DNA from: Lama guanicoe
Taxonomy: Eukaryota
Assembly: GCA_013239625.1 (NCBI GenBank)
Contig: MU054117.1
Coordinates: forward strand, 994,001-1,058,000
Direction of reading: 5' to 3'
Length of the DNA: 64,000 nucleotides
Made by a program: the position numbers and the translations under genes. Position 1 is the stretch's first letter, and every line of letters begins with the position of its first letter. Shown piece by piece: positions 13,200 to 26,399 of the stretch. The notes beneath the pieces are model-generated. The model did not search any database and had not been told where the DNA came from. It saw nothing but the letters and a program-made list of their open reading frames with translations.

Positions 13200-13885
13200 T
13201 TCCTTTATAAAGGAAATGTTAAATCTCTATTGAAATATTTTTAACAAAAATGTACATCCAGTTATGCATATACCAGAGTGATAAACATTCACCTTTCTCC
13301 CAGGGTCTAACCAGCAAATCCCTCATCGCAGGCTTTCCAAATGCCCAGAGTCTCCTGAGGAAAGACTTTAAGAAGCTGTCAAGCTAACGGCAGTGGATAC
13401 ACATTTTGTAAACTTCTTATTCTCAATTTAAAGCTCAAGAACAATCACTGGCAACAATAATTACCCCTTGTTTTCCTGGAAGTGACAGGTGCATGTTACT
13501 TGTTTTCTAAAAAATGTCTGTCAAATGCCTGTCTGAATAACCAGTTTGTCCATCTTTCTTTCAAGTAAAAATAGGGTTCTGTGAAAATAGAAATAGAAAC
13601 ATTAATTCAGCTTGCATCTCAAGCACCCAAGTGTCTTCCTGGAGGCAAATAGGGCACCTCAGAATTCAGCACACGTGCTTTATGCATTCCTCCTGTTTTT
13701 CACACGGAATTTTAAAAGTGTACCTAGGGTTGAAATGTAATAAAATTAGTAATTTGTCTGCCTTCACGTACACTGTCCAGTGACACTGGCCTGTACAGCG
13801 TGGTGCTCGCCTGGATGCATGCTAAGACACCTGCACTTCCTCCCACCTGGTTTTTGCAGCTTCCGTGCAAAAGTCAGCACGGTGC
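13200..13885 (-). mobile_element. Charlie1-like hAT transposon internal (transposase) remnant
   Basis: Matches recalled Charlie1 text (aagtgacagg…aaaatgtctg…tctgaataacc…ctttcaagtaaaaat…gtgctttatgc…aataaaattagtaattt). No intact ORF. Confidence 0.7.
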
Positions 13886-13899
13886 ACGAATCAGGTGCG

Positions 13900-15240
13900 T
13901 CTTAGGGCTGCCACGAAAACGGTTCTGACCCGGAAGACCCCCTGAAACGGAATCGGAGCCCCCAGGGCGTGGAGGACAGCACTTCGAGAACCACCGGGTG
14001 TCCGCGCTCCGGAAATCGCAGTCCCCTCCCTGGCCGGTGCGCACGCTTGAAGCGTGTTCGTGATTATCGTTATCAGTTACGCGCGCCCGGCGTCCAGCGA
14101 TGCTCGGGGCCGCGGGATGCTCGCGCTCCGCGCGGCCCCGGGCGCCGCAGGACCGCGCGGGCGCCGGCGTGCGGTTGCCGTAGCAACGATCGCGGGGGCG
14201 CGGCGCGGCCGTCGACCAGCGACGCCTGCGCGCTCTGCGCTCTGCCCGGAGGGCTGCCGCGCCCCGCGGGCCGACGGGAAGATGGCGGCGGCGGCGGCGG
14301 CGGGCGGCCAGGCGGGGAAGGGGCGCGACATCAGCCTGGCGGCCCTCCGGCGCCACGACCCCTACATCAGCCGCATCGTGGACGTGGCCAGCCAGGTGGC
14401 CCTGTACACCTTCGGCCACCGGGCCAACGAGTGGGTGCGTGCGGGCGAGCGTGCGGGCGGGGCCGGGCCGGGGCGCGGGGACCCTCCCCCGCGTCCCCGG
14501 AGTCCCCGCGGCGCCGGCCCGCCCGCTTCGGGCCGCGCTTCCGCGGAGAGCGCGGCCCCGGGGGGCGGCGCCAGGCGCTCGGGCTCGCGCACCGCCGGCG
14601 CCGCCGCCGGGAGGCTTCCGGCCGGACACGCTAGCGCGCCGCCTCAGCCCGCCGCCCCCGGCCCTCACGCGGCCGCGGGCGCCCTGCAGGCAGTGGCGCC
14701 CCCCCCAGGGGCCCTCCCGACAGTGACGACGCCGGGCAGCGGCCCCCGCGGCGGGAGGGAGGAGGGCGGTTTCGGCCCCAGGCGGCAACTGAGGAAGTTC
14801 CCGGGAGGTTTTACCCAAACGGGGCAGGGCCTGGAGGCCGACGAAGCAAGACGGGGCGAGGGGGCCGCGTCTCCCTGGTTTCCGGGGGAGCTTGTCGCCC
14901 GGGTTTTTGACTGCGGGACGTGGAGCGACGCCGTGGTGGAACTTAAAACGGTGCCGAGCTCCTCTGCGCGTGGCCGTTACGCTGCTCAGCAGAAATACGC
15001 CAAAGGCTTAGAGTCCCGACTCATGGAGGAAACCCTGTAGTAGAGTCGAGGGCCCGCGGTGCGTGGTTCTCTGAGCTCACTTGACCCCCGAGAGTCTGGG
15101 GGAGGCTGAGAAGTTACCACGCCCAGGAGCGCGTTGCTCTCGAGTAACAAACAGTTGTTCCCTCTAGACTCTGGATGGGATCCACGAGACGCGCGCGTTA
15201 GAGTAGCTGCAGGTTGTCAGACGCCCGGCCAAGCCCTCCC
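13900..15240. promoter_or_regulatory. CpG island / DCP1B promoter
   Basis: Very CpG-dense block spanning exon 1. ETS-like CCGGAA near 13931 and 14009, RFX X-box GTTGCCGTAGCAAC at 14174-14187, YY1-type AAGATGGCGGC overlapping the ATG. No TATA box seen. Confidence 0.9.
14282..14434 (+). CDS. DCP1B: DCP1B coding exon 1 (51 codons, start of the EVH1 domain)
   Basis: ATG at 14282 (AAGATGG context). Translates to MAAAAAAGGQAGKGRDISLAALRRHDPYISRIVDVASQVALYTFGHRANEW, matching the recalled DCP1B N-terminus. Donor TGG|gtgcgt at 14435, phase 0. Confidence 0.97.
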
Positions 15241-15802
15241 GCTCCAGCCGCAGCAGAAGGCACCAGTGTCGCAGGTCCTTGTTTACAGGAGTTAAGCCTT
15301 CCTGCTTCCTGGACTTGCTGCCTTCAGACAGCGCATAATTCACTCAGTAAAAGGTCATTCTTTCAAAGTGCTAATCTTCAAGGCTGTGGTAGCCCGAAGA
15401 AAAGAGAGAGAGAGCCCTAGTTTGGCTGCAGAGCAGTTGCTCGGGGAAAACAAGTTGTCACCCCATCTCCATGTGCCACCAGTCAGGAGCTGTTGAACAC
15501 AGACCTAGTAGAAGTATCCAGGACATTCTTGAGGGCAGAGGAGAAACGCAGCCGATGGGACCCGAAGGAGGGGAGTTCTCATTGCACTGAAATAGATGAA
15601 GGCCTCATCAGGGAGCAATCAGGGGTGGACAGAGAATGAACTGTTTAAAGGAAGGATTAAGAAAGACGATGTCAGGACTGGAGTAGGAATTTTGGAACGA
15701 GACCTACATCCCACTGAGGGGAAGCCCACTCCCCCCCACAGTGCCTGTGTGTCAGCTGCAGGGTCTCACCCTGGCGTTACTCTCGCCTCGCAGCCCCCAG
15801 TG

Positions 15803-16012
15803 CAGGAGTTCTCAGCTGGAGTTGATTTTGCCCGGGGGCGACATTGGCAGGGTCTGGGGAGCATTTTTGGTTGTCACTGAGAGGGAGCATGTTACGGGCG
15901 GCTGGAGGTGGAGGCCAGGGTTGCTGCTAAGTGTCCTGTGATGCCTGGGACAGGCCCCCGCCACCAAGGTTCGCCTGGCCCGAATGTCAGAACTGCTGAG
16001 CTTGAGGAACTG
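15803..16012 (+). mobile_element. MER20 hAT DNA transposon
   Basis: Near full-length match to recalled MER20 (gattttgccc…catttttggttgtcac…gaggccagggttgctgctaa…), with CAG…CTG termini. Confidence 0.85.
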
Positions 16013-18132
16013 CCCTGGAGTGACTAGTGTCCCGCTGTTTCTAGCTAGTGGTGTGAGCTCTGTGCGTCAAGATCATCTGGAGTTTTAAAAAGCACGGCCC
16101 ACCAAGTGAGAGTCTCTGGATACGAGGCCCAAGCGTTTGATTTTGTTGAATGCTTCTTAGGTGACTCAGGTGCTACATCCGTGATCGGGAGAGACAGACT
16201 TAGAGGGTAAATGGAGATTTACTTTTTCACTATTTTAACAGGATACTCAGATACAGATTATGTTGTTTCAGAAGTGTCAAATAGTGTGCCAAGTCTCAGT
16301 AATTTGCAAACTAGCACTATTTTCCATTCCACTTTGTTTTAAATTTTGAACTACTTAGTTTTTTAGCACTTGTTAGATTTTATATTAGAGTATAATATTA
16401 AGTCACTGAATTGTACTTTTAAGATTTAAGCTGAAATCCCCCAGAACTGTGAACTACTACTTTAATATGAAAGTCTTCTTTAGTTGGAGGGCCTAAGGAG
16501 GATCTAATAAAATTTAGCTTTAACTATTCCCTAGACCCCCAAACCTGGGCTTTGCCCAGATGGAAAAAAAACCTGCTTACCCTTTGGTAACTATGGAGGG
16601 ACAGAGAAAATGAATGAGTTTGAGCTGTTTCAGCCCTAATAAATCACAAATTTACATTTCCAAAGCCCTTTTTATCTAGGTGTCATAGAGCCTTTGATGA
16701 AAAGTACATTTCTCATCAAAAGATCTGATTGGTGTAAGCTGGTTAACTCTTCAGTAGAGAAGCTGAGATGTGGAATAGTAAACTAAGAATTGCTTGTTTT
16801 GAGTTAGAGGATAATTTCAGGAGACGCATGATGCCTTCCTTTCACAATTCTGATTCTAGATTTTTCAAAACTAAAATTGGGCATTAAAGTCTTTTTTTTT
16901 TCCCTGAAGGAGAAGGTAATTTCTATTCCTGCTTCATTAAGGAAGAAGGGAAACAGGGCAGAAGCGACTCCCTTTCTGTGTGCTGATCTCTGAACGCCCT
17001 GGTTTGGATCTCTGGGGTGATCAGTGCAGGGTCAAATGCTGGAAGACAGGGAAGTGCTTTGTCTTCGTAGAAGTGATCACTTTACTTACTAGTAAATCCA
17101 GTTTAAGGACAATGGATTACTCGGGCCTAGAAAGGAAGGAGCAGGCTTCCAATGTTTCATGTGCCTTTTCAGAATTATCATTTTAATTTCACACTTTTGC
17201 TTCTGCAAAAGAGTATTTTTCACCAAAATTACAGAGTACTTAAATTTTGAATAACTTTGGTAATGGATGTGTAAATAACAAAATATTAAGAGGTTAAATA
17301 AAATGCTGAAATTAAACCATGTGAAGAGCAAAAATACATTTTAAACCCTGAGTTACAGTAATTTGATTACTAGTTAATCAGACAAATGGGTACCTAGATT
17401 TTTTTTTAGTGTCTGAACATTTTCATCAGGGCCTGGGCTTCAGCCTTGGTAGAGGCGGACAAGAGCCTTTCCCAGTGAAGCGATAGTTTATCGTTTTAGC
17501 CTTACACCTTTCCCAGTTTCTCTCAGGCAGATTTCTTGAGTCTGAGCTTAGTAACTTTATTTCAAAGATCAGACTTGACTCTAAATATTCTGCACGCAGG
17601 AGGTGATTCATTTGTCAGAAAACGACGGTATCGTTGCACCCTGTGTGTCGTCAGAGTTACCGGCAGAGCCTCTGCCCTCCGGGTGACAGGATGGACAGGA
17701 GAAAGTGAAACCAGAGATGAAGAGGCGGGTGAAGGGCAGACACCAGTGGTTTCTGCAGGTCAGGGGTGGAGGGAAAGACAGCACATTCTCTGTGATTCTT
17801 TCCAGTGAAATCCCCGGGGCATATTCACTTTCTTATTGTTCAGCCAGAGGTGTGCTGCTGTCCCTGTGTTTGGTAAAGGGAGGTAGTGATGGTTTCCTTT
17901 GTAAACGGCGACAGGAGAGGGTCCCTGCTGCCTGCTCAGCAGGGCCGCGCCTGGCGGGAAAGCTGCGTTCCTCCTTCCTTCCCCTGAGGGTTGCCCTCCT
18001 GTTGCAGAGACTGGGCCCACTGAAGCCGGACTGAATTCCTGTCCTCTGAGAAGTTTATGTTCTCTCCTGCAAATGCTTCCTGTCGAAGAGAATAGACATA
18101 TTTTGCTCTTTGTTTTGTTTTTATTTTTCTAG

Positions 18133-18173
18133 GAAAAGACTGATGTAGAAGGAGCCTTATTTGTTTACACAAG
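18133..18173 (+). CDS. DCP1B: DCP1B exon 2 (41 nt)
   Basis: Polypyrimidine tract and ctag| acceptor; encodes EKTDVEGALFVYT(R); donor AG|gtaaga. Too short for the ORF track. Confidence 0.96.
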
Positions 18174-18779
18174 GTAAGAGTGTTTTAGTTTTATAAAGAA
18201 ATGGACAGTCTTCGAAATACTGTCTTAGCTCTGTTGTGTCACCCATCTTCAAGCGCAGTTTTATTTCGGAGGAGTGAAGTAATGGGATCTTAGTTTGACG
18301 TTATCAGCAGACATAAGGAAGGGAGTGCTGGATAGTGTCATCTGGATAGTGTGATGAATACTAATTTCAGAATACAGTTTAACCTTCAGTATAAGTGAAC
18401 TTAAATCTTTGTGTTCTTTTAAAATCAGTATTAAGTATTCTTTAATTCAAATGAATGTTACAGAGTGTTTGCATACAGTGCATTGGCAAGGATCTTGAAG
18501 CACATTATTAAGAATACTGGGTTATTTAATCAGTATTTGGAAGGGAGTTTTATTGGTCACGCCCACCCCTTGCCTCGTTAAAGAAGTGTGAACTGAAAGA
18601 TGTCTGAGGCCTCCATTTATAGTTAATGGAAGATGTTTCAGGATAGGGTTAATAAATTCATGTTTTGGGGTAATTTTTATCAGAAATTGTTAGTATCACA
18701 CGTGCACAGAGATCTGTAGTGTGTGTATTGTCTTAACAGCCAAACCTTTTATACATCTGAGGTGTCGCAGCTAAAGCCC

Positions 18780-19560
18780 ACTGCTGTCCATGGGTTACCG
18801 AGACGAGATACAGAGGCCTGGTACTCGCCTTCCCGAGGCCAGCGGCTTCACTGAGGAGACAGGAAGGGTGCCCGCACACACACAGCCCTGTCCACCTTCT
18901 GAGATAAGCCACAGTGTGGACTCTGGTGCAGGGTTTATACTGGTTGAAAGGAGTTAGAGGTTGACAGTGAGGGAGGAGAGGTGTTGTGACTTGGACTAGC
19001 AGACTGAGGATTCTGCACTCTGTCTTCTAAGCAGTGGGGAGTCTGGGAGGTCTCCTAGTCGGGGGTTTGTGGCGTGGTGGCAGGACGTATGGGGAGAGGC
19101 AGGGTGCTGGCGTCACCAGGACACTGGGAAGATGGAGCAGGTAAGAGATGCTGAGAACGTGGAGCAGAATGACAGAGGCGGAGGTGGAAGGGTTGATGGA
19201 AAGACTGCAGGTGGAGGAAATTGTGACATTCGCAGCGGCGCTGAGATTTTGGACTGGAGAACTGAGAATGACAGAGTCACCGGCGGAGCAGAAAGACAGG
19301 AGGTTGAGGATCTGCTTTGAGGATCAGTTTAGTTTTAGTTTGAAATAATGATTTTGGAGTGACTGCGGGGCATTGAGATGAAGGCACGCAGGCCCCTGGG
19401 ACTGGGCAGGGACAGAGACAGGGTGTGGAGTCATCTGCATTTATTTGGTCTTTGGAACCAGGAGAGAAGTGTTCTTTGAAGGAGAGGACGCTGATGGGGG
19501 TAAAGGTTGGGTTTTAGGGCCAGCAAGGATGCAGAGAGGAATCGGCCCCGGAGATACAGG
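18780..19560 (-). mobile_element. L2 fragment
   Basis: Purine-rich degenerate L2 antisense text (…gcagtggggagtctgggagg…gaggatcagtttagttttag…ggagtcatctgcat…). Boundaries approximate. Confidence 0.5.
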
Positions 19561-21569
19561 CAGAGCTAGAGCAGCTCAGAGAGACCCGCTGCGGGCCCGG
19601 GGCAGGGACAGTGGGGCCTCGGGTGGGCGGAGGGGAAGCAGTGGGTGAATGAGGCCTGGGGGCAGGAGCTGCCCGAGGAGCTTGGCTTCCTCACAAGATG
19701 GCGGGAGTGCCCTGGAGCCAGCGGATGAGTAGTTTACAGTCTGTTCCAGAACATCCAGAGGCACGGGACATGCACTCCAAGAGCATCCTCAGTGGAGTGT
19801 GCACTGCTCTCGGGGTTCTGGGGAGTGGGAGGGAAGCCAGGCACAGGGTGTGCCTTCTCATTTGCTTCCCACAAGCGTCGCTCTTCTGAGAGGTGAGGGA
19901 GAAGGTGTGTTATTACTGCGCATTGCTGACTTACTGCAGGGGTTAGTGGGGCTGAGTGCGGAAGACTAGCAGGGTATGCAGGTACCTTCTCTTTTGTACT
20001 GAAACAAACGTAGGTTTGCATGTTCAAGTGCTTCTGAGTATACTCTTGAGTCCCTGCTGGAGCTGTCGGGTACACAGACCTTTAAACCGAGAAGCAAGTC
20101 CTTCCCTAGTCCCTTAATCGCTTCCCCAAACTACCTGTGTAGGAATAAGAGGCCCCCCGCCCCCACCACCACCATCCAGTACCGGGCCTGGTGTGTGAGA
20201 CTTTAGCTGGGTGGGGGGTGGCAGAAGCCTGTGGGAGTCGGGAGGGGGTTTGGGTGCAGATAATGGGGCTGCCGGGGTGCATTCTGACTTGTCGGTGCTG
20301 CTTTAGAAGAGCTGGCACATGTGTCCCCCAGCCGGCTCTGTGCACTGTGAGATGGAGAGCAGCCCCACCATCAGGGAGACCCCACCATCGGTCCTGTTGT
20401 GTTAATGAAGCCCTGGAAGAATCAGACTGATTCGGTGTAAAAACACCTAATCCCATTTTAAAATTACGAGTTTCCTGTGTCTCCTCCCGTGTCTGTCTTT
20501 CTGTAATGCGATTAAGCCACTGGTGATTTCCAGAGGACCGTCCGTAAGAAAGCAGCCTTCTTCTCCCCCAGAATTTCCGTTGACATGATTGGCATGGTTA
20601 TTCTGGTATTGGTTACATGGCCGCCGCCTGCCTTCTTAGTAAAGCAAAGTCGGCAAGGATCGCCTGCCATCAGGGTTTAAATCGCAGGCCTCAGAAGAAG
20701 CCTGCGGGTGGTAATGTAGCTGCATTTTACTTCTTTATCGCATCAAATGGTTAGAGGTGAAATACGAGTGAGGCATAACCCCCTTTCCTTCCTGCGGAGC
20801 CCTGCGTTTCTGTGGGGTGGCCACCCTGAGCCCCAGCCCGAGTCACGGTCCTGCTGGCTTGTCCCGCCTGTGAGCGCGTGCGCTCCTGTGCCAGCAGAGG
20901 CCCACGGCTGGCAGCTGGCTGGCTCCCGGCGGTAGACAGGCGCACCTAGGCTTGCTCGCTTCTGTGCAGCCTGGGCTCTGCCTGCCGGAGGAGGCACTGA
21001 AAGGTTCTTGAATGAAATGAAAAATAAAAAGTCACTAAATGTCCCATTTTTATGGATGGAAGCTTTTATAGTAGTTTATCTGTGAAGCTGTTTGCTTTAT
21101 ATGGAAGAAAACTAAATATCTGCTCTTTGCTCTAAGTTGTGTAAACTTTTACTTACATCTCCTCCAAGTTCACTGACCAGAGTGAAATCATTTCTCTAAG
21201 AAATTGGGCAGCTTTCAATTTCAGACCAACACTAACGTTCTCTATGAAAAAGTTCTTTACGTAGTTGTGATGAACGCTGTATTAACTGTCAGGAGTCTTT
21301 AAAAGTGTCTGTCAGTAATTTTGTACAAGATAGTTACCATCCCTGCCTTAAAGGCGCTTATGGCCTAGGCAGGGGGCAGGCGGTGCGCACACAGCCAAAG
21401 AAGTGGGGCTTGGTTTTACCAGAGCATCGGTGGTGGCCGCACGCCCGCATCCCACTCCCTGGCGTAGCCTGGGAGACAGGTGGCCGTGGGGACGGGGTGG
21501 CTGCGTGCAGCTGCCCTGAGACGCTCTGCCCTGACAGCTTGTCTCTGTCCCCGCCCTGGCGGGCGCTAG

Positions 21570-21697
21570 GTCAGCTTCTCCCAAGCACGGCTTCACCATC
21601 ATGAACAGGCTGAGCATGGAGAACAGGACGGAGCCCATCACGAAAGACCTGGATTTCCTGCTCCAGGACCCCTTCCTCCTCTACAGAAACGCCAGAT
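21570..21697 (+). CDS. DCP1B: DCP1B exon 3 (128 nt)
   Basis: ctag|G acceptor; (R)SASPKHGFTIMNRLSMENRTEPITKDLDFLLQDPFLLYRNAR; donor T|gtgagt. Phase fits exons 2 and 4. Confidence 0.97.
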
Positions 21698-22899
21698 GTG
21701 AGTCTGTCTGAGCGCGGCTGGGGACCGTGTGTGACTGTCACTGTCTATGTCTGTGACTGGTGGCATGGGGGGCACTGGTTAGCTGGGAAAAGCATGCCTC
21801 GGGAGGGCTAGCTTCTTCCCTGGGGGTCTGCATGGAGACGGTGTGCCTGTGCTGGTGGGACTCAACCACCGTGTGCTGGCACCTGAGCGGGGCTGGGGGG
21901 CTGGGGGGAGGCGAGCCTCCGGCCTGGCGGTACCACAGGTCCTGGGTCAGCGCTTCAGCCCGTGTGTCCCTTCTGACTGAGCGTGCGCTGAGAGGCTGGA
22001 GGGAGCGGCCTGTCTTCACAGCTACCGTCTTGTGGATACGTAGTAAAAGGAAAATCAAATCCAAAGAGTCTTGGTCACTGAGTTTAAGTCCTATCAGGCA
22101 GCAGCATGGTCCTTGTCAAGACTGGCGGGCGGCCCACAGACAGTGGGTGAGGGCGCGGGTGCTGAGCCCTGTGCCAGGCCGACTCCCAGAAAGACCCACG
22201 CCGAGAGCGTTTCCGTGCCCCTCCCCGCCGGAGCTCAGGGCACAGAGCCTGCCTGCTGCGTGCCGTTCAGTGCTGCCTCAGCAGTGAGCGTGATGCAGGT
22301 GATGTTCAAGGGTTCAGGCCCTTGGACTGTTGCGAAGTAGCTGTGGGGCCTCATTTTCATGCGCGCCTGCCACTCTACTCACACGTGACCACGTTGTCGT
22401 GATAGGTGTCACCTATTTAGAGAATACAGTTACATTTTTTACGAGAAAAAAATGAAAGCTGTTGAAACTATAGCATGACTTTGCTATGAAGTGAAAGGCG
22501 TAGTAACAGAGATTCTGTTTCTGTTCCTGTTTCTCAGCTGGAAGGTGCAGTTTGGTCACTTGTAGGTCGTGGTTGTTTGGATTTTTTGTGTGCTTGTTGT
22601 TACGTCAGGGTATTTGTTCTGTTTTTAAGATTACTAGATTCTATGTCAGATTAATACATAATGCAAATCCTAAGAAAAAAAATAGCCACAAAAATAAGCA
22701 TTAAATAGATGAATATTAGTGGTTACAATAATTTCTGGTCGCTCTTACTTTGGATGCTCAGTCTGGCCAGTACGGATGTTTAAAATTCTTCCTGCAGTGC
22801 TACCTGTTAAGTGTCACACCAGGTGGTGTGGAGACACACACTCTTCAGTGTGGCTGATTTAACACTAACTCTCCCGAGGCCCTCGGGCTCTGTCTGCCC

Positions 22900-23220
22900 G
22901 GCTCTGCAGGCGGTGCTTGCCCCGCGGGAGCCCAGGCTGCGGGCCTGGGTGGCAGCACGGTGGGTGCGGCTGGGCTGGGCTGGGTTGGGTTGTGAGTGTC
23001 AGAGACCCACCCAACTGTCACAGACTTGGTACAAAAAAAGTGTGAAAAATTTCTATAGTTTTCTATTAATTTACCAGGTGAAATGTAATATTTTGAATAT
23101 ATTGATTTAAATAAAATGTATTATTAAAATTAATTTCACCTGCATTTTTCTACTTTTGATTTGAAACTGCACATGTGGCTCCCGTTTGCGGTTCCCGTCT
23201 CTTCTGTCGGACGACGCTGT
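22900..23220 (+). mobile_element. MER33-like hAT DNA transposon
   Basis: AT-rich core aatattttgaatatattgatttaaataaaatgtattattaaaattaatttcacctg, and end ggacgacgctg, as in recalled MER33. Confidence 0.75.
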
Positions 23221-25169
23221 TACGGGCCCTTCCCTTTACTTCGCTGCATTTCACCGTCACAGCCTCGGGGGGCGGTCTCCCTGCTGGTCTGCACGTGAGG
23301 GGGCCGGGTCTCAGGGAGGCGGCAGCCCTGGTGGAGACCCGCTGCCCTGACTGCAGGCCCCCCTGTTTTCCCTCCACCAGCTGTGCCCCGCCCCCTTTCA
23401 GTGCAGGTGCAGGTTGAGGCGTGCTTCTGACGGACTTCCATGAGCAAGAAATGAAATCAGTTGAACAGCAAAGAGTGGAAGAGAATAGATCTGAAGCTTC
23501 CTGAGTTTATTTTGCTTTCTTTCCGCTTTGACAACTGGCGTGGCTTGACTTTGCAGACAGTCGTTTGGTCTTAGTTGAGTGTATTTACAAAAGCCTTTTC
23601 AGTCTCTGACATCACAGGTTCCTAGAAGGTTTTACCCCAGGTGTTTTCAGAGCGTCAGATACCTCTCAGATATTTCTAAATAATCCTGATTCTTTATGTA
23701 ATAATTGCACGCGGTTTACATATTCTCTGAGGCTGCGTAAATTCATTCGTCACCCTTTGGACAGTGACCCCAGCTTCATTCAGGACTGGCTTTTAAGACC
23801 CTGCACCCTGAGATCTGTAGAGTCAAGGTCTCTGTGTGGGCCTGACGTTTCACTTTGGCCAGTATGTCCTAGGCCAGATTTGGACATTTCAGGAGGCAGA
23901 GTGGACATAGGCTTGTGGTGAGTGTTTTGTATTCACTGTGTTAGCATTAGTACCTACAGGGATAACTATCTCTTTCTAGACCTGGATGGGTTTATAAGAG
24001 CAAAATAAAGAGGTGAGAGCCTCAGACTTCCTTCATTTAATGAAAAAAGGTGTTTAATAAATAAGTAACTTTGAGTTTTGCCCAAACACAAAACGTGTGG
24101 TTTTATAATCTTTACATTAAAGGGCTTGTAGGATTTAGGTTTTAAACCTGGTTGTCATAGAATTTGACCTGTTTGAGCTTTAGAAGTAGATGAGGTAGCT
24201 GTTAAATGAGGACAGAATTTTTTTTGTTCCGTGAGCGTTTACTGTCTGCCGGGCACCGTCAAGGCTTTACGTGAGTTATTTAATTCTTAAACCTTTTTCC
24301 TGGAAACCCTGTTGTTCTTGTTCTAGAACTGAGACACCTGAGGTTAAAGGGATTACACAGTTTATGAGTGTCCGTGACTGTTTCGAGATGGAAACAGCGT
24401 CTGAACTGCACGTTTCTTTTTTCAAGCTGAGACTCTACTGTATCTCTGTTATTAGAAAGAGGAGCATCAAATCAAAACTAATGTAACAAAAAGCTGGATC
24501 TGACCGTTTCTTGTATAGTTTTACCCTCTAGTAACTGCTTGCTGTGTTTGCCGTTTCAAAACTAAGTAAGGTTTTGGTATGTGAGATGCGTCTTAGCAGT
24601 GTGTCCCCAGGTGTACCATAGCACTGAGGATAAGTTACAGGCAGCAGCCATCGTTTTGGAGCTGGGCCCCTGTGTTGATTGTATTATTGTCTGTGGTCAC
24701 AGGACTAAAATGAAATTCCTTTGAGCTGCTTGATTTCGTTGCAAACACAAGCTTGGAGCTTAGAGCAAATCAGAAAAGGCAAAAATCAAGATAGTTAGGA
24801 TCAAAGCTGTCTTAGAAAACTCAATTTTAAAGTGAATTTACCTTACTGGGCGGTTTTGTATTCATAAAGAAATACAGTTTAAATCCTCTATTGACATTTG
24901 TAGGACCTAGAAAAACTGCTATAAACAATGGAAAATGGTACACTGGATGAGAATGATAATTACTCGTCTTTGAAGTAGACGCTGTCCTAGAATTTCCCTT
25001 TTAAAGCAATTGGTTGGTAGACTTTTGGCTCAACGTGACAGATGGAACATACTTAAATGATAGTAAAGAGATAAAAAAAGATATAAACCCACAAGGGTGG
25101 AGGACAGAGTTCATAAAAAGATGAAGGACTGAACCAGAAGGAAGAAGACACGCTGTGACAGCTTTGGTC

Positions 25170-25610
25170 TCACGGTTACTGCCCTTGCCTCCCCGCGGAG
25201 GACGGCGTCTCTGCCCTGCTGACGTCGGACTGGACCATGTGACTCGGCTCCTCCCCCGCACTGACCCCACCAGGGGTGGCACACAGTCACCCTCTGGACT
25301 CGGGTGTGGGTGTGTGGATTGCTCTGGCCAGTGGACGTGGGTGGAAGTGATGGGTGTCACTTCTGAGCAGACGCTGGAAGAGCGAGCTTGCGATTGGCCA
25401 TGTCTCTCTTCCTTCTGCTGTGATGACTAATGGGTGTGTAGGCGGAGGCTGCTCCGCCAGCCTGGGTCCTGGAATGAAGATGACGTGGCACAGAGGTGAC
25501 CCCTGACAGACAGGTAATGTGTGTGAGAAACAAACCTTTGTCCGTGTAGGCCACTGAGGTGTGGGGCTCGTGTGCGACTGAGCATGACTTGGGCTGTTAC
25601 GGCTGGTACA
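25170..25610 (+). mobile_element. MLT1 (MaLR) LTR, MLT1J/K-like
   Basis: gaagtgatgggtgtcacttctgagcag…ggctgctccgccagcctgggtcc…gtgagaaacaaacctttg…gccactgag. Confidence 0.7.
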
Positions 25611-26399
25611 CAGGCCTTCCAGGAAAAGGGGGTCCCAGCACAGGTTGGAGGTGAGGGACCTTGGAGAGCAGTGGTGAAGAGCAGTCCCAGCGTGACCCCT
25701 GTGCAACTCAGCTAAAGAGGAATCTGTCGGAATTGAAGTCGAAAGTGCGGGGCTTCGGGAAGCACGTCCAAGGAAAGATTTACAGCTGATGGTAGCGGAT
25801 TGCTTGACTCCACTGGGACATTACAGGCCCTTTTTAAGTGAGTTTGGTGATGATATAAGAACATTAAAAACTGAGAGGGGGAGAGAAGGAGGCAATTCTT
25901 AATTCCTGGGAATTAATGTTGTTCAAGAAGGGAAATAGGATCATAGTACTCGATGTGGCTCTGCCAATCCTAATTCAGTGATGGACACTGAACGTGAAAT
26001 GACCTGCCCTGGAAGGATGGGGTGACCTGTGTGTCTGAATGTGAGCGTGAGAGCTCAGCCCTCCTTGGTGGATTTTTTTTGAAAGTCAAGAAGCAGTGTA
26101 TACGTGATATATAGAGAAAGAGAAGTATGTGCCAGAAGGAAAGCTGGGTGGGAAGTGAGTGGAGGGCAGAAGTAGCTCGTGGACGGAGGCTGCTGTGGGG
26201 AGCAGTGATGAGGACTGTCCCGTCTGGGGGGTGGTCCTGCTGTTTGTTGTAAAACCTGGCCATACTTGATATTTAAAATGATAAGTTTTACTTTGATAAA
26301 AGTATAAATTTAGAAATATAATTGCGTATGAGAACACACTCATAAAAACAGTATTCCGTTGGTGGCTGGGTTTCTGAGTCGGCTAAAACCAGCTCACGA

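Noticed and set aside
1..13200. CACNA1C exon 1b or exon 2 on the minus strand
   Set aside because: No MVNENTRMY- or GSNYGSPRPAHANM-like peptide seen; these exons should lie outside the window.
14054..15040. 328-aa ORF and overlapping 314-aa and 221-aa ORFs at the CpG island
   Set aside because: Only 14282-14434 is DCP1B coding. The rest is stop-poor GC-rich promoter and intron sequence, with non-ATG starts or low-complexity translation.
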